This document shows positions 43,503 to 53,230 of a DNA stretch of 64,000 nt, one piece after another. How positions within the stretch are numbered: position 1 is the stretch's first letter; the number at the start of each line of letters is the position of its first letter. Origin of the DNA: an uncultured Bacteroidales bacterium (GTDB lineage: Bacteria; Bacteroidota; Bacteroidia; Bacteroidales; P3); the NCBI GenBank assembly GCA_905234695.1, contig CAJOHZ010000011.1, positions 3,121-67,120 of the forward strand, given 5' to 3'. The notes beneath the pieces were generated by a model. The model ran no database searches. It was not told the DNA's origin and saw only the letters and a list, made by a program, of their open reading frames with translations. Position numbers and translations under genes: made by a program.

Positions 43503-45680
43503 TTACAATGAAAATTCCCACTCTCCGGCCTCGACGGTGCGCTCGCGACGGGAACCGGGGAAGACGGTGGCTGTGGTGCCCTTGGGAACGGTGAGTCGCA
43601 GGCGGTTGCCGTCGATTTTCACACGGATGGGGCCGTAGGAGGTGGGCTTGGTGGCTTTGACCCAGGTGATGCCGTCGACGGGCTGTGGGTCGATGAAGAA
43701 ATGTTTGTAACCAGGTCGCTCGGGGTCGGGTCGTATACCAGCTACCGCCTGATAGAACCAGATGCCGATGCCGTTATAGCAGTTGTGCACACGGCTGCGG
43801 TCTTCCTTGCCGGGACGGCCACAGTCCCACGACTCCCAGGTGGTGGTGGCGCCGTTGTTGATCATGTGGAGGTAGCCGGGGTAGTCGGGCTGCCGCAGGA
43901 TGGTGGCCATGAGTTCGGCCTGCCTCTCTCGGATGCACCACTCCGTGAAGACGAGGACACCGACGAGGCCCACGGCGATATGGTCGCGGTACTTCCCGTG
44001 ACAGTCCTTGAGCAGTTGCTCTTTGACAGCAGCAGTGGTGGCGCTGTCGGGTGGGATGCCCTGCAGTAGGGCATAGCATTGGTCGAGCACGGTGCCGTTG
44101 GCGTAGGTGTGGGTCTCGGGGTGGTAGAAATGGCGGTGGATGTTTTCAGTCAACTGTTGTTTCCAAGCCGCAAAGCGCCGTGCATCATCAGGGTGGCTGG
44201 TCATTCGAGCCATCTGCACCATATCGGAGAGACATTCGGCGAGGAAGCAATTGCTGACATGCAGGACGCTTTCGCCGCCCTTATCGACCCCTTCGGGGAC
44301 AGCCCAGTCGCCGAGAAACCAGCTGTGGTGTTCGTTGTCGGGCCAGGGTCGCAGGATATAGTCCACGCTGTGGTGCTCTATGTATTCCAGCCAGCGCTTC
44401 ATGTCGTTATAATGGCGGTAGATGAGCGAGCGGTCGCCGTAGTTGAGATAGGTGCGCCACGGGGCTTTGACGATGAAGCCCTGCCAATAGGGGCCGCCGC
44501 CTGTGCGGAAGGCAGGCGCCACGTAGGGCAGTTCGCCGTCGGGCTGCATGGCGTCGGCCCAGGCTTGCATCCAGTTGGCATAGGTGGAGCGCACGTCCCA
44601 GAGGGTCTGCAGTGTCATCGTCGACGAATTGCCGTCACCACCGTAGCCCATGCGCTCTATGTGGGGACAATCGACCATATAGCCGCTGAAGGTGAGGCAG
44701 CTCAAGGTATACTTCACCATATCGTGGATAGCGTTGAGTCGCGGGTCGGAGCACTCGAAGGTAGCGCCGCCGTATGGGTCGACGGCGCTGATTTGCAAGG
44801 CACGGGCATGTCCCACACCGGCTCCTTTCACTCTCACATAGCGGAAAGAGTGCATGTGGAAGCGGTTGGTGAAATGGATGTCGTCGTCGCCGTTGCTGAC
44901 ATAGATGTCGGTCTCGGTGAATGGCGGCTTGGCGTCGCGGTGGTCGAGGTATTCCATCGTTATCACGTCACCTTCGGGGATAGGTAGGCATTGGAGTTGG
45001 AACCAGCCTGTCACCACGCGGCCGAAATCTATCAGGAAAGTGCCGGCACCAACATTGCGGTTGCCTGCAAACTCCTGTCGCGAGACGGCGATATCCTTCG
45101 CGTCATATACTGCTGCCGGGCGCCAACGCTCCTTCACGCGTGCGTCGTACCGCTCGCCGCCGAACTGCATAGGCCGCCAACTACCGATGTAGCTGTAGGG
45201 GCTGGGCGAGGCATCCCAGGTGCTGTCGGTTTTGAGTATTTCGTATATCAGTCCGCATTCACCGTCGGAGACGCTCTTCCTCACCGTAGCCTGCACCGCA
45301 GCTGGGGTACCGTATATGCGGCCCCAGCCTTGCCCTATCCAGAGGAGCAACTCATTGTTGCCTTCGTGCAGATAAGGCGTGATGTCGTATTCCACCCACA
45401 GCGCCCGTTTGTCGAGCTGCGACACTGCGGGCTGCATCACATAGTCGCCCACCTTGGTGCCGTTGACATACACCTCGTGGTAGCCCAATGAAGTGACCAC
45501 AAGGCCGTAATAGCAGGAGCGGAAGGCCGTCTCCGTCAAGTCGCCCGCATCCACATGGAACGTCGTGCGCAGCATCGGCGTCTCGGCCCACCCGCTGTCA
45601 GTGCGGCAGCCGATGAATTGCTGCGGGAAGGCAGACGTGGTAGCTGCCAGTAAGCATAATATGAGCGCTACCTTTTTCAT
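43503..45680 (-). CDS. alpha-L-rhamnosidase-like glycoside hydrolase (GH78-type)
   Basis: Start MKKVALILCLLAATTSAFPQ (45680). 'DCPHIERMGYGGDGNSS' resembles the GH78 'DCPxRE(R)xGWxGD' motif, with a six-hairpin-type C-terminal half. The Arg-rich 82-codon extension in the ORF track overlaps GH97 and is discounted. Confidence 0.65.
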   Translation of the reverse strand: MKKVALILCLLAATTSAFPQQFIGCRTDSGWAETPMLRTTFHVDAGDLTETAFRSCYYGLVVTSLGYHEVYVNGTKVGDYVMQPAVSQLDKRALWVEYDITPYLHEGNNELLLWIGQGWGRIYGTPAAVQATVRKSVSDGECGLIYEILKTDSTWDASPSPYSYIGSWRPMQFGGERYDARVKERWRPAAVYDAKDIAVSRQEFAGNRNVGAGTFLIDFGRVVTGWFQLQCLPIPEGDVITMEYLDHRDAKPPFTETDIYVSNGDDDIHFTNRFHMHSFRYVRVKGAGVGHARALQISAVDPYGGATFECSDPRLNAIHDMVKYTLSCLTFSGYMVDCPHIERMGYGGDGNSSTMTLQTLWDVRSTYANWMQAWADAMQPDGELPYVAPAFRTGGGPYWQGFIVKAPWRTYLNYGDRSLIYRHYNDMKRWLEYIEHHSVDYILRPWPDNEHHSWFLGDWAVPEGVDKGGESVLHVSNCFLAECLSDMVQMARMTSHPDDARRFAAWKQQLTENIHRHFYHPETHTYANGTVLDQCYALLQGIPPDSATTAAVKEQLLKDCHGKYRDHIAVGLVGVLVFTEWCIRERQAELMATILRQPDYPGYLHMINNGATTTWESWDCGRPGKEDRSRVHNCYNGIGIWFYQAVAGIRPDPERPGYKHFFIDPQPVDGITWVKATKPTSYGPIRVKIDGNRLRLTVPKGTTATVFPGSRRERTVEAGEWEFSL

Positions 45681-48037
45681 TTGCGCTCGCGGATGCTGAC
45701 GGCGAAGCCGCCGCAGGGGGCCATCTTCAGTTTGAGGGTGGTCTTGTTGGTAACTTTCTTCTTGGTGATGGTGTAGGCTTGGGGATTGTAGCCCTCGCCG
45801 GGGAGACCGCTGGCATCCTTGGCGTCGGCGTAGATGATGGCGTCGTAGGTTTTGCCAGGGGTGAGGAAGTCGAGCTTGACGCTGAACTCGCGGGCGGTCT
45901 CGTCGGTGATGCCGCCAATATACCACACATCGCGCGGCTCAAACAAGTTGCCAATAGTTGGCATATCGCCTCTGACCTCTGAGGCCAAACGTCCGCCTTC
46001 ATCCAAGGCAAACACGTATCGTGCGGCACCGCTGATGACACCTTTCTTGCCGTCTGGCAATGTGCCTACCCCGTCGGCGGCCTTGTTCAATGACGACACC
46101 TTTGGCTTGCGCGCCGTGACGATATAGTCGCCCGGCTCGGCATAGAGGTAGATGCTGGTGTCCCAGTCGACCGCCACGTCCTTGATGAACTGGAAGGCGT
46201 CAAGGTAAGGCTCGTAATGCTCGGGGAAGTCGGCGGCCATCTGCAGCGGCGAGTAGAAGGTGACGTAGAGGCCCAGCTGGTTGCAGATGGTGTGGCTCAT
46301 CTTCTTGCCCCAGGGGACTATCTTGCCCATATCGGGCTCAAAAATGCCGGGGGTATAGTCCATAGGGCCACCCTGCAGACGTGTGAAAGGAAGGATGGAG
46401 GTATGGCCGGGATGGATGCGCTCGCGGAACTCGGTCCCCATAGCGCTCTCGTTACCAATCATATTGGGCCAGGTGCGGCAGAGGCCGGTGGGACGCACCG
46501 CCTCGTGGGCGTTGACCATGATATGGTGCTTGGCGGCCTCGACGATGGCGTAGTGGTAGTGGTTGTTGATGGGTTGGCTGTAATGACCTTCGGCGAAGGG
46601 GATGATGGTGCCCACGTAGCCGCTCTTGACGGCGTCGTAGCCGTACTGGTTCATCAGGTTGTAGGCCTGCTCCATCCAGCGCTCATAGTTGACGGTGGAG
46701 GCGCTGCTTTCGTGGTGCATGATGAGGCGGATGCCCTTCTCATGGGCATACTCGTTCAAGGCGGGCAGGTCAAAGTCTGGATATGCGGTGAGAAAGTCGA
46801 AGACAAACTCCTTTTGCTTGCCGTACCAGTCCTCCCAACCAACGTTCCAGCCCTCGATGAGGAGGGCATCGAAGCCGTGTTTGGCGGCGAAGTCAATATA
46901 GCGGCGCACATTGGCGTTGTTGGCACCATGTGTGCCATTGAGCCTCGCGTGAACAAAATCCGTTTCGCCGAGACGCACCGACGGGTATTCATTAGTGTAG
47001 TTCCATGTGCTTTTGCCCGATATCATCTCCCACCACACGCCCATGTATTTCACTGGGTGTATCCAGCTAACATCGTCCAAGGCACAGGGGTCGTTGAGGT
47101 TGAGGATAAGGCGCGAACGCAGCACGTCGGTGGCCTTGTCGCAAACCATCACTGTGCGCCAAGGAGTATGGCACGGAGCTTGCATACGACCCTTGTATCC
47201 GGCGGCGTCGGGACAGAGCCAGACCCTAAAGGTGAATTGAGAATTGGCTGCCGCACCCAGAGGATTTTCCATTTTCAATTTTCCATTTTCAATTAAATTG
47301 AGGTGCATGGTGGGGTAGTCAAGTGTGGCGGCCTCGTGGATATTGATATAGAGGCCGTCGTCAGTCTTCATCTGGAGGGCTGTCTGCACACCAGTACGCG
47401 AGAATGCCGTCCACGGCCAGCCGCCATGTTCGTGGCTCTTCTCCCAAAGGCTGTCGATTTGCGAAAGGCGACTCTCGGTGTAGTTGTACTCCTGTGTGTC
47501 GTAGTCGCCGGGGATCCACCAAGCCGTGTGGTTGCCCGCCATCACAAACTCTGTCAACTCCTCCTTGAACCAGAAACAGACGAGGGCGTTGTCGATGGGA
47601 AACTCGTAACGGAAGCCCAGACCATCGTCATACAAACGGAAACGTATCTGCATCACGGTGGCCATCGTCTTGGAACGTCCGTCGGCGCTCTCAACCGCTC
47701 CTGCGGGCTGTTCCAGCGTCACCAGCATCTCGTTGTAGTGGTTGCGGATGTTGGCCTCCTCGCCCCATACGGGCTGCCAGGTCTCGTCGAACGAGCTGCG
47801 TTGCACGTCCCGCAACACGAAAGCATGCGCCAAGTCGTCACGCCACTCCAAGGTGAAACCCATCTTCGACGGCAGCACCACCGCCTTCCCATCGCGGGAA
47901 AGGGAATAGTAAGGCACGCTGTCTTTCACTTCAAACCGAAGCTCCATCCGCCCGTCTGGGCTGCGAAGCGTCGACGGCTGCCCCCAGAGCGGGGACAGTC
48001 CTATTGTCGCCAATAGGCAAATGATAATTCTCTTCAT
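45677..48037 (-). CDS. GH97 family alpha-glucosidase/alpha-galactosidase
   Basis: Signal peptide MKRIIICLLATIGLSPLWGQ. The GH97-typical N-terminus ('LRSPDGRMELRFEV') and catalytic-domain string 'LLIEGWNVGWEDW' are present. Confidence 0.8.
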   Translation of the reverse strand: MKRIIICLLATIGLSPLWGQPSTLRSPDGRMELRFEVKDSVPYYSLSRDGKAVVLPSKMGFTLEWRDDLAHAFVLRDVQRSSFDETWQPVWGEEANIRNHYNEMLVTLEQPAGAVESADGRSKTMATVMQIRFRLYDDGLGFRYEFPIDNALVCFWFKEELTEFVMAGNHTAWWIPGDYDTQEYNYTESRLSQIDSLWEKSHEHGGWPWTAFSRTGVQTALQMKTDDGLYINIHEAATLDYPTMHLNLIENGKLKMENPLGAAANSQFTFRVWLCPDAAGYKGRMQAPCHTPWRTVMVCDKATDVLRSRLILNLNDPCALDDVSWIHPVKYMGVWWEMISGKSTWNYTNEYPSVRLGETDFVHARLNGTHGANNANVRRYIDFAAKHGFDALLIEGWNVGWEDWYGKQKEFVFDFLTAYPDFDLPALNEYAHEKGIRLIMHHESSASTVNYERWMEQAYNLMNQYGYDAVKSGYVGTIIPFAEGHYSQPINNHYHYAIVEAAKHHIMVNAHEAVRPTGLCRTWPNMIGNESAMGTEFRERIHPGHTSILPFTRLQGGPMDYTPGIFEPDMGKIVPWGKKMSHTICNQLGLYVTFYSPLQMAADFPEHYEPYLDAFQFIKDVAVDWDTSIYLYAEPGDYIVTARKPKVSSLNKAADGVGTLPDGKKGVISGAARYVFALDEGGRLASEVRGDMPTIGNLFEPRDVWYIGGITDETAREFSVKLDFLTPGKTYDAIIYADAKDASGLPGEGYNPQAYTITKKKVTNKTTLKLKMAPCGGFAVSIRERK
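47234..47294 (-). repeat. GAATTGA GAATTGG plus 2 x 14-nt TTTTCCATTTTCAA inside GH97 CDS
   Basis: The sense strand encodes LIENGKLKMENPLGAAANSQFTF. Confidence 0.85.
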
Positions 48038-48040
48038 ATC

Positions 48041-48586
48041 TTAGCAGGTTATTTCTTCCAAGGCTCCCGTCTCGGAGTCGATGATAAAGCCGCGCACCTC
48101 AATGTCCTTCGGCACGAGGGGGTGCGTGCGGATAGTCTCCACCGTGCGGCGGACGGACTCAGGGGTGTCCTTGAAGCCTTCCAGCCAGTGGTTGAGGTCG
48201 ATGCCACATTTGCGGATGGTGTCGAGCGTCTGCTCCGTCACCCCGCGGGCCAGCATCTCGTCATGGAAATGAGTATAGCTCATGTGACAGGCCCCGCAGT
48301 GCGAGTGGGCCACCACCATCACGTGCTTCACTCCCAGTTCATAGATGGCCACGATGAGGCTGCGCATGGCCGAGTCAAAAGCCGAAATCACCAGCCCGCC
48401 GGCGTTCTTGATAATCTTGGCATCGCCGTTTTTCAGTCCCAACGCCGCCGGTAGCAGCTCGGTGAGCCTCGTGTCCATGCACGACAGCACCGCCAACTCC
48501 TTGTCGGGGTACTTGTCGGTGCGATACTTCTCGTAGCCCTTCGCGGCCACGAACTCCCTGTTGTATTGTACGATTTGATCTATCAT
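48041..48586 (-). CDS. beta-class carbonic anhydrase
   Basis: The Zn-ligand motifs 'CMDTRL' and 'HSHCGA' are present in a 181-aa protein. Confidence 0.85.
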   Translation of the reverse strand: MIDQIVQYNREFVAAKGYEKYRTDKYPDKELAVLSCMDTRLTELLPAALGLKNGDAKIIKNAGGLVISAFDSAMRSLIVAIYELGVKHVMVVAHSHCGACHMSYTHFHDEMLARGVTEQTLDTIRKCGIDLNHWLEGFKDTPESVRRTVETIRTHPLVPKDIEVRGFIIDSETGALEEITC

Positions 48587-48660
48587 GACGCTTTTGTATA
48601 ATTCGTAATGTCACAATCTCACCCCGCAGATCGACAGGGGCGGCGGATATGTTCCGGCGG

Positions 48661-49851
48661 CTATGCCAGCAAGACGAGGAGCTGGGCGGTGAAGATGCGC
48701 AGGAACATGGTGAGGGGGTAGACCGTGGCATAGCCCGTGTTGGGCAACTTGCAGCCCTCGGGAGCCACGGTATTGGCAAATGCCAGCGTCGGTGGGTCGG
48801 TGTGGCTGCCGCCGATGAAGCCCATAAGGGTGTAGTAGTTGACCTTCAGCACCAGTCGGGCGAACAAGCCCACCAGCAGCGGCGGCACCATGGTGATGAT
48901 GATGCCATAGACAACCCACATGTAATGCACCTGGATGGTCTCGACAAATTTTCCGCCGGCGCCCAAGCCCACACCTGCGAGGAAGAGGGCAATGCCTACT
49001 TCGCGCAGCATCCATACACCATGGCTGTCGGTGAACTCGGTGGTAAACCAACCCCGTTTCACTCCCAACCAACTGCCGACAAGAGCGACCACCAGAGGGC
49101 CTCCTGCCAAACCCAGCTTCACAGGAGCCGACATACCCACGGGGATGGGGATGGAGCCCAGCACTATGCCAAGGGCAATGATGACGAATATGGGGACAAG
49201 ATTTATCTTGTGGCGTTGGGCCACGGGGGTTGCCGTCTTGGCCGCCGGAGCCTCCACGACATTCTCTTGGACAGGTTCCTTCTTCAGGTCGATACGGCAC
49301 AAGGGACGCAACAGGATGCAAGTCACAATCATGCCCACCACGGCCAGCGGGTAGGCCACAGCATAACCTGCTGCCAGACGGTCGGAAGCCCCTTCCATCC
49401 CCAACTCATTGACAGCCTGCTGCGCCGCCGAGAGGCCGGGGGTGTTGGTGATGGCACCGGTGTAGACACCCGCCATGTCGGCCAACTCCTGATCGGACAC
49501 CTTGGCGATAATGACAGTGATGACCACGCCGAGGGCCACATTGACCAACGCCATGAGGTTCATGGCCAGACCGCCCTTCTTAAACGACTTGAAAAAGCCT
49601 GGTCCCACTTGCATACCAACGGCTGTAACAAAGAGTATCAGTCCGAACTCCTTGACAATATGAAGCATCTCGCCGTTGAGGGTCACCCCGCAAGCGCTCA
49701 GCGCGATACCCACAAAAAGCACCCATGTGATGCCGAGGCTCACGCCCTTGACTTTGAGTTTGCCGAGCAGCAATCCCACAAAGATGGAGATGGCCAGCAT
49801 CAGTACGGTGCTGGCCACTCCACTACCTGTAAACAGATTAGTGAACCACAT
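48661..49851 (-). CDS. AAE (aspartate:alanine exchanger / YidE-YbjL-type) family permease lacking TrkA_C domains
   Basis: The N-terminus 'LMLAISIFVGLLLGKLKVKGVSLGITWVLFVGIAL' resembles the YidE/AspT repeat unit. It has ~10 TM segments in 396 aa. Confidence 0.6.
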   Translation of the reverse strand: MWFTNLFTGSGVASTVLMLAISIFVGLLLGKLKVKGVSLGITWVLFVGIALSACGVTLNGEMLHIVKEFGLILFVTAVGMQVGPGFFKSFKKGGLAMNLMALVNVALGVVITVIIAKVSDQELADMAGVYTGAITNTPGLSAAQQAVNELGMEGASDRLAAGYAVAYPLAVVGMIVTCILLRPLCRIDLKKEPVQENVVEAPAAKTATPVAQRHKINLVPIFVIIALGIVLGSIPIPVGMSAPVKLGLAGGPLVVALVGSWLGVKRGWFTTEFTDSHGVWMLREVGIALFLAGVGLGAGGKFVETIQVHYMWVVYGIIITMVPPLLVGLFARLVLKVNYYTLMGFIGGSHTDPPTLAFANTVAPEGCKLPNTGYATVYPLTMFLRIFTAQLLVLLA

Positions 49852-49853
49852 AA

Positions 49854-50855
49854 TTAATCTCCGAGGGTGGCCACCATAACGGCCTTGATGGTATGCATGC
49901 GGTTCTCGGCCTCGTCAAAGACGATGCTGTTCTCGCTCTCGAAGACCTCCTCGGTCACCTCGATGCCGTCCAGACCGAACTGCTTGTTGACGTCGCGTCC
50001 CACCTGGGTCTCCAGGTTGTGGTAGGCGGGCAGGCAGTGCATGAACTTGCACTTGGGGTTGCCGGTGTTCTTCATCATCTGGGCGTTGACCTGATAGGGC
50101 ATCAGCATGTCGATACGCTCTTTCCAGACCTCGGCGGGCTCACCCATGCTCACCCACACGTCGGTGTAGATGAAGTCGCAGCCCTTGACACCCTTCACGG
50201 GGTCGTCGGTGACGGTCACCTTGGCACCCGTCTCCTTGGCGATTTCCTTGCAGGTCTTGACGAGCTTGGCATCCGGCTGGAGTTTCTTGGGGGCGATGAT
50301 GCGCACATCCATGCCCATCTTGGCACCGCCAACCATCAGGCTGTTACCCATGTTGAAGCGGGCGTCGCCCACATAGGCGAAGGTCACCTGGTTGAGGGGC
50401 TTGTCGACATGCTCCTGCATGGTGAGGAAGTCGGCCAAAATCTGGGTGGGGTGGCTCTCGTTGGTCAGGCCGTTCCACACGGGCACGCCAGCGTATTTGG
50501 CCAGTTCCTCGACAGTCTCCTGTTTGAAGCCACGGTACTCGATACCGTCGAACATGCGACCCAGCACGCGGGCGGTGTCCTTCATGCTCTCCTTGACGCC
50601 GATCTGGCTGCCGGTGGGACCGAGGTAGGTGACGTGGGCACCCTGGTCCTTAGCGCCAACCTCAAAAGCACAGCGGGTGCGGGTCGAGGTCTTCTCGAAA
50701 ATCAGGGCAATATTCTTGCCGGTGAGGGTGGGCTGCTCGGTACCAGTGTACTTGGCGCGCTTCAGGTCGCGGGCCAGGTCAAGCAGGAAATTCAGTTCCT
50801 TGGGGCTGAAGTCTAAAATCTTCAGGAAGTTGCGGTTTCTTAAATTGTAAGCCAT
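49854..50855 (-). CDS. argF: ornithine carbamoyltransferase
   Basis: It is close to E. coli ArgI along its full length: '[13 protein letters not shown]', 'HPTQILAD', '[10 protein letters not shown]', 'HCLPAYH' and '[16 protein letters not shown]'. Confidence 0.92.
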   Translation of the reverse strand: MAYNLRNRNFLKILDFSPKELNFLLDLARDLKRAKYTGTEQPTLTGKNIALIFEKTSTRTRCAFEVGAKDQGAHVTYLGPTGSQIGVKESMKDTARVLGRMFDGIEYRGFKQETVEELAKYAGVPVWNGLTNESHPTQILADFLTMQEHVDKPLNQVTFAYVGDARFNMGNSLMVGGAKMGMDVRIIAPKKLQPDAKLVKTCKEIAKETGAKVTVTDDPVKGVKGCDFIYTDVWVSMGEPAEVWKERIDMLMPYQVNAQMMKNTGNPKCKFMHCLPAYHNLETQVGRDVNKQFGLDGIEVTEEVFESENSIVFDEAENRMHTIKAVMVATLGD

Positions 50856-50889
50856 GTGTGATTGTTTTATTGTGTGATTATTTGATTGC

Positions 50890-51825
50890 TTATTTCACGA
50901 TTCGCGTGCCGCAGTGGGGGTTGTCCAGCTGGCCGGCCTCGGTGATGATGCACTCTTTTCCGCCGTGTTCCACGAACATGATGGCGGCGCGAATCTTCGG
51001 AGCCATGCTGCCTTCGGCAAACTGTCCCTCGTCGAGGTACTGCTTGGCCTGGGCCACGGTAATCACGTCGAGCGCCTGCTCGTTCTCCTTGCGGAAATTG
51101 ATATACACCTTGGGCACATCTGTGAGGATGTAGAACTCGTCGGCGCCGATTTCAATGGCGCAGAGGGCACTGGCCAGATCCTTGTCGATGACCGCCTCCA
51201 CACCGCGCACATAGTCACTCTCCTCCACCACAGGAATGCCGCCGCCACCGACGGTGACCACGATATTCCCAGCCTTGGCCAGGTGCTGCACTATCTTGAT
51301 GTTGTTGATGCGCGTGGGCTTGGGCGAAGCCACGACCTTGCGCCAGCCATTGCCTTTGGGGTCTTCCTTGTAGACCGCCCCCGTGGCCTTGGCCAGTTCC
51401 TCGGCCTGCTCCTTGGTGTAGTAGGGACCCACCGGCTTGGTAGGATTCTTGAACATGGGGTCGAGCTTGTTGACCGCCACCTGGGTGACGATGGTAACCA
51501 CATCGCGTTGGATATCATGGCGCGCCATAACATTGCGTAGACCCATCTCGATAAGGTAGGCGATAGAGCCCTGGGTCTCAGCCACGCAGAAATCCATCGG
51601 CATGGCCTCCACGCCTACCCGCTTGCCCTCTTCGTGCTGCAGCATCACATTGCCCACCTGCGGCCCGTTGCCGTGTCCGATGACAATGTTATAGTTGCGT
51701 TCCAGCAAGTTGCACAGCGACTCGCAGGTCTGTTCCACATTGGATATCTGTTCTTGATAGGTGCCCTTCTGCCCGCCACGGAGCAAGGCGTTTCCGCCGA
51801 AAGCCACCACTGCAAGTTTTCTCAT
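50890..51825 (-). CDS. arcC: carbamate kinase
   Basis: '[10 protein letters not shown]', '[11 protein letters not shown]' and 'GGGGIPV' are present in a 311-aa protein. Confidence 0.92.
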   Translation of the reverse strand: MRKLAVVAFGGNALLRGGQKGTYQEQISNVEQTCESLCNLLERNYNIVIGHGNGPQVGNVMLQHEEGKRVGVEAMPMDFCVAETQGSIAYLIEMGLRNVMARHDIQRDVVTIVTQVAVNKLDPMFKNPTKPVGPYYTKEQAEELAKATGAVYKEDPKGNGWRKVVASPKPTRINNIKIVQHLAKAGNIVVTVGGGGIPVVEESDYVRGVEAVIDKDLASALCAIEIGADEFYILTDVPKVYINFRKENEQALDVITVAQAKQYLDEGQFAEGSMAPKIRAAIMFVEHGGKECIITEAGQLDNPHCGTRIVK

Positions 51826-51887
51826 TTCTTATATATTTTATTAATAAACAAATATTTGCAGACAATCCCACACATTATGGGAAAGTG

Positions 51888-51895
51888 CAAAGATA
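51888..51895 (-). promoter_or_regulatory. -7 box TATCTTTG upstream of arcC-argF-permease-CA unit
   Basis: The plus strand reads CAAAGATA, 63 nt upstream of the arcC start at 51825. Confidence 0.6.
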
Positions 51896-51956
51896 CGCAT
51901 TTATTCTTAATTAATGGAAACTGTTCCCAAGAAAAAATCTTTCGCCCAGCCCCCTG

Positions 51957-53219
51957 CTATCGCGAAGCAGTGACAATGGTGAGATCCGCGGGGGCGAAAA
52001 TATTTTGCGCCAGCGGGATAAGTTGCTCCGGTGTTACCTCCCCAAGGGTGGCGAGGTAGCGCTCGGTAAAACGGTCACCAACGGCAGTGGCCCTCATGTG
52101 GCGGTACCGTTCGGCAATCTCGAGCACACCGTCGATGCTGCGGATAAAATCACCCATCATGAAGTTGCACACCCGTTCCAGCTCGGCCTCGCCCACCGGC
52201 TCGCTGGAGAGCCTGTGCATCTCCGACAGGATTTCGCCACAGGCCGCCTCCGCCGCTTCGGCCGACACATCGGCAGTGATGAAGAATACTATCTGTCCCC
52301 GGAATATCTGGGTCTGGCTGTAGATGCCATAGGTATACCCCTTCTCCTCGCGGAGGTTACTCATCAATCGCGAGCCGAAATAGCCGCCCAAAACGGTGTT
52401 CAGCACCATGAAACGGGCATAGGCGGGGGCGTCCCACGTATAAGGCAGCACCCGCCCCACTCGGATTGTGGCCTGCACGGCGGAAGGCACCGCCACATGC
52501 CAGCGGCCTGGGGCGGCAGCAGCCTCAGCAAGGCCGCTGGGCGGCAGCGCAGGCATGGCCACAGGCCTCGACGGCTCGGGCGAGGCAAGACTGCTGTCAA
52601 CCAGCGCCACCAACTCATCGTCAACACTCCCGCTCAACACAATGCTCGCCTCCGCCAGACGGTAATGGCGGGCCACGAAGGCCACCACATCGTCAAGATG
52701 GAGCGCGTCCAAATCCTCGGCCGTTGCATAGGTCCCCAGCGGATGGTCGGGACCATAGAGGTGGCTGTAGAAATGGTTACGCGCCACGGCCGACGTCTTC
52801 TGCGCGCTCGTGAGCAACTGATGGCGCCGACGCCGCACATAGGCGTCGAAAAGACTGGGCGTGATGCGGGGCCGCCCCACCATCTCGCGCAGCACCGGAA
52901 GCAACTCGGCGGCATAGCGCCGCAGGAAATAGAACGACAGCGTGGCCGTGCACACATCGGCCGACCGTTCCAACGTGATGCCTCGGAAATCAAGAAACTC
53001 CGCCAACCATGCTTCCTCATGCAACGCTGTGGCCTCCCCCACCAGTTGGCTTGCGGCATGTGCCTGGCTTTTCAGCCACTGGTAACGGCTACCCGCCTCA
53101 AAGGTGAGGTCGAGCTTGACAAGGGACGATGCCTCGGATACAAACAGCTGGAGGTCGCGGCCGTCGGCGAGCGGCACGGTCCGGGGGGCAAGGGAATCGA
53201 GCGATGGGGCGGAAAGCAT
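51957..53219 (-). CDS. M16 (pitrilysin) family protein lacking the HxxEH zinc motif (probable non-catalytic subunit)
   Basis: It has the two-domain M16 length and pattern. At the position of HxxEH the sequence reads 'AHAASQL'. Confidence 0.65.
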   Translation of the reverse strand: MLSAPSLDSLAPRTVPLADGRDLQLFVSEASSLVKLDLTFEAGSRYQWLKSQAHAASQLVGEATALHEEAWLAEFLDFRGITLERSADVCTATLSFYFLRRYAAELLPVLREMVGRPRITPSLFDAYVRRRRHQLLTSAQKTSAVARNHFYSHLYGPDHPLGTYATAEDLDALHLDDVVAFVARHYRLAEASIVLSGSVDDELVALVDSSLASPEPSRPVAMPALPPSGLAEAAAAPGRWHVAVPSAVQATIRVGRVLPYTWDAPAYARFMVLNTVLGGYFGSRLMSNLREEKGYTYGIYSQTQIFRGQIVFFITADVSAEAAEAACGEILSEMHRLSSEPVGEAELERVCNFMMGDFIRSIDGVLEIAERYRHMRATAVGDRFTERYLATLGEVTPEQLIPLAQNIFAPADLTIVTASR

Positions 53220-53230
53220 AATGCTGCAGA

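Noticed and set aside
1324-47294. The short tandem tracts considered as a CRISPR array or as tRNA/rRNA fragments.
   Set aside because: The units are only 7-8 nt with no spacers, and they are scattered rather than arrayed. No cas genes are present.
49854-50855. Putrescine carbamoyltransferase instead of OTC.
   Set aside because: The sequence is collinear with E. coli ArgI, including the ornithine-binding 'DVWVSMG' and 'HCLPA' motifs. I saw no PTC-specific C-terminal extension. A phylogenetic placement would be needed for certainty.
48041-51825. Calling the cluster a complete arginine deiminase (ADI) pathway.
   Set aside because: arcA and an ArcD-type antiporter are not present in the window. 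Only OTC and carbamate kinase are supported.
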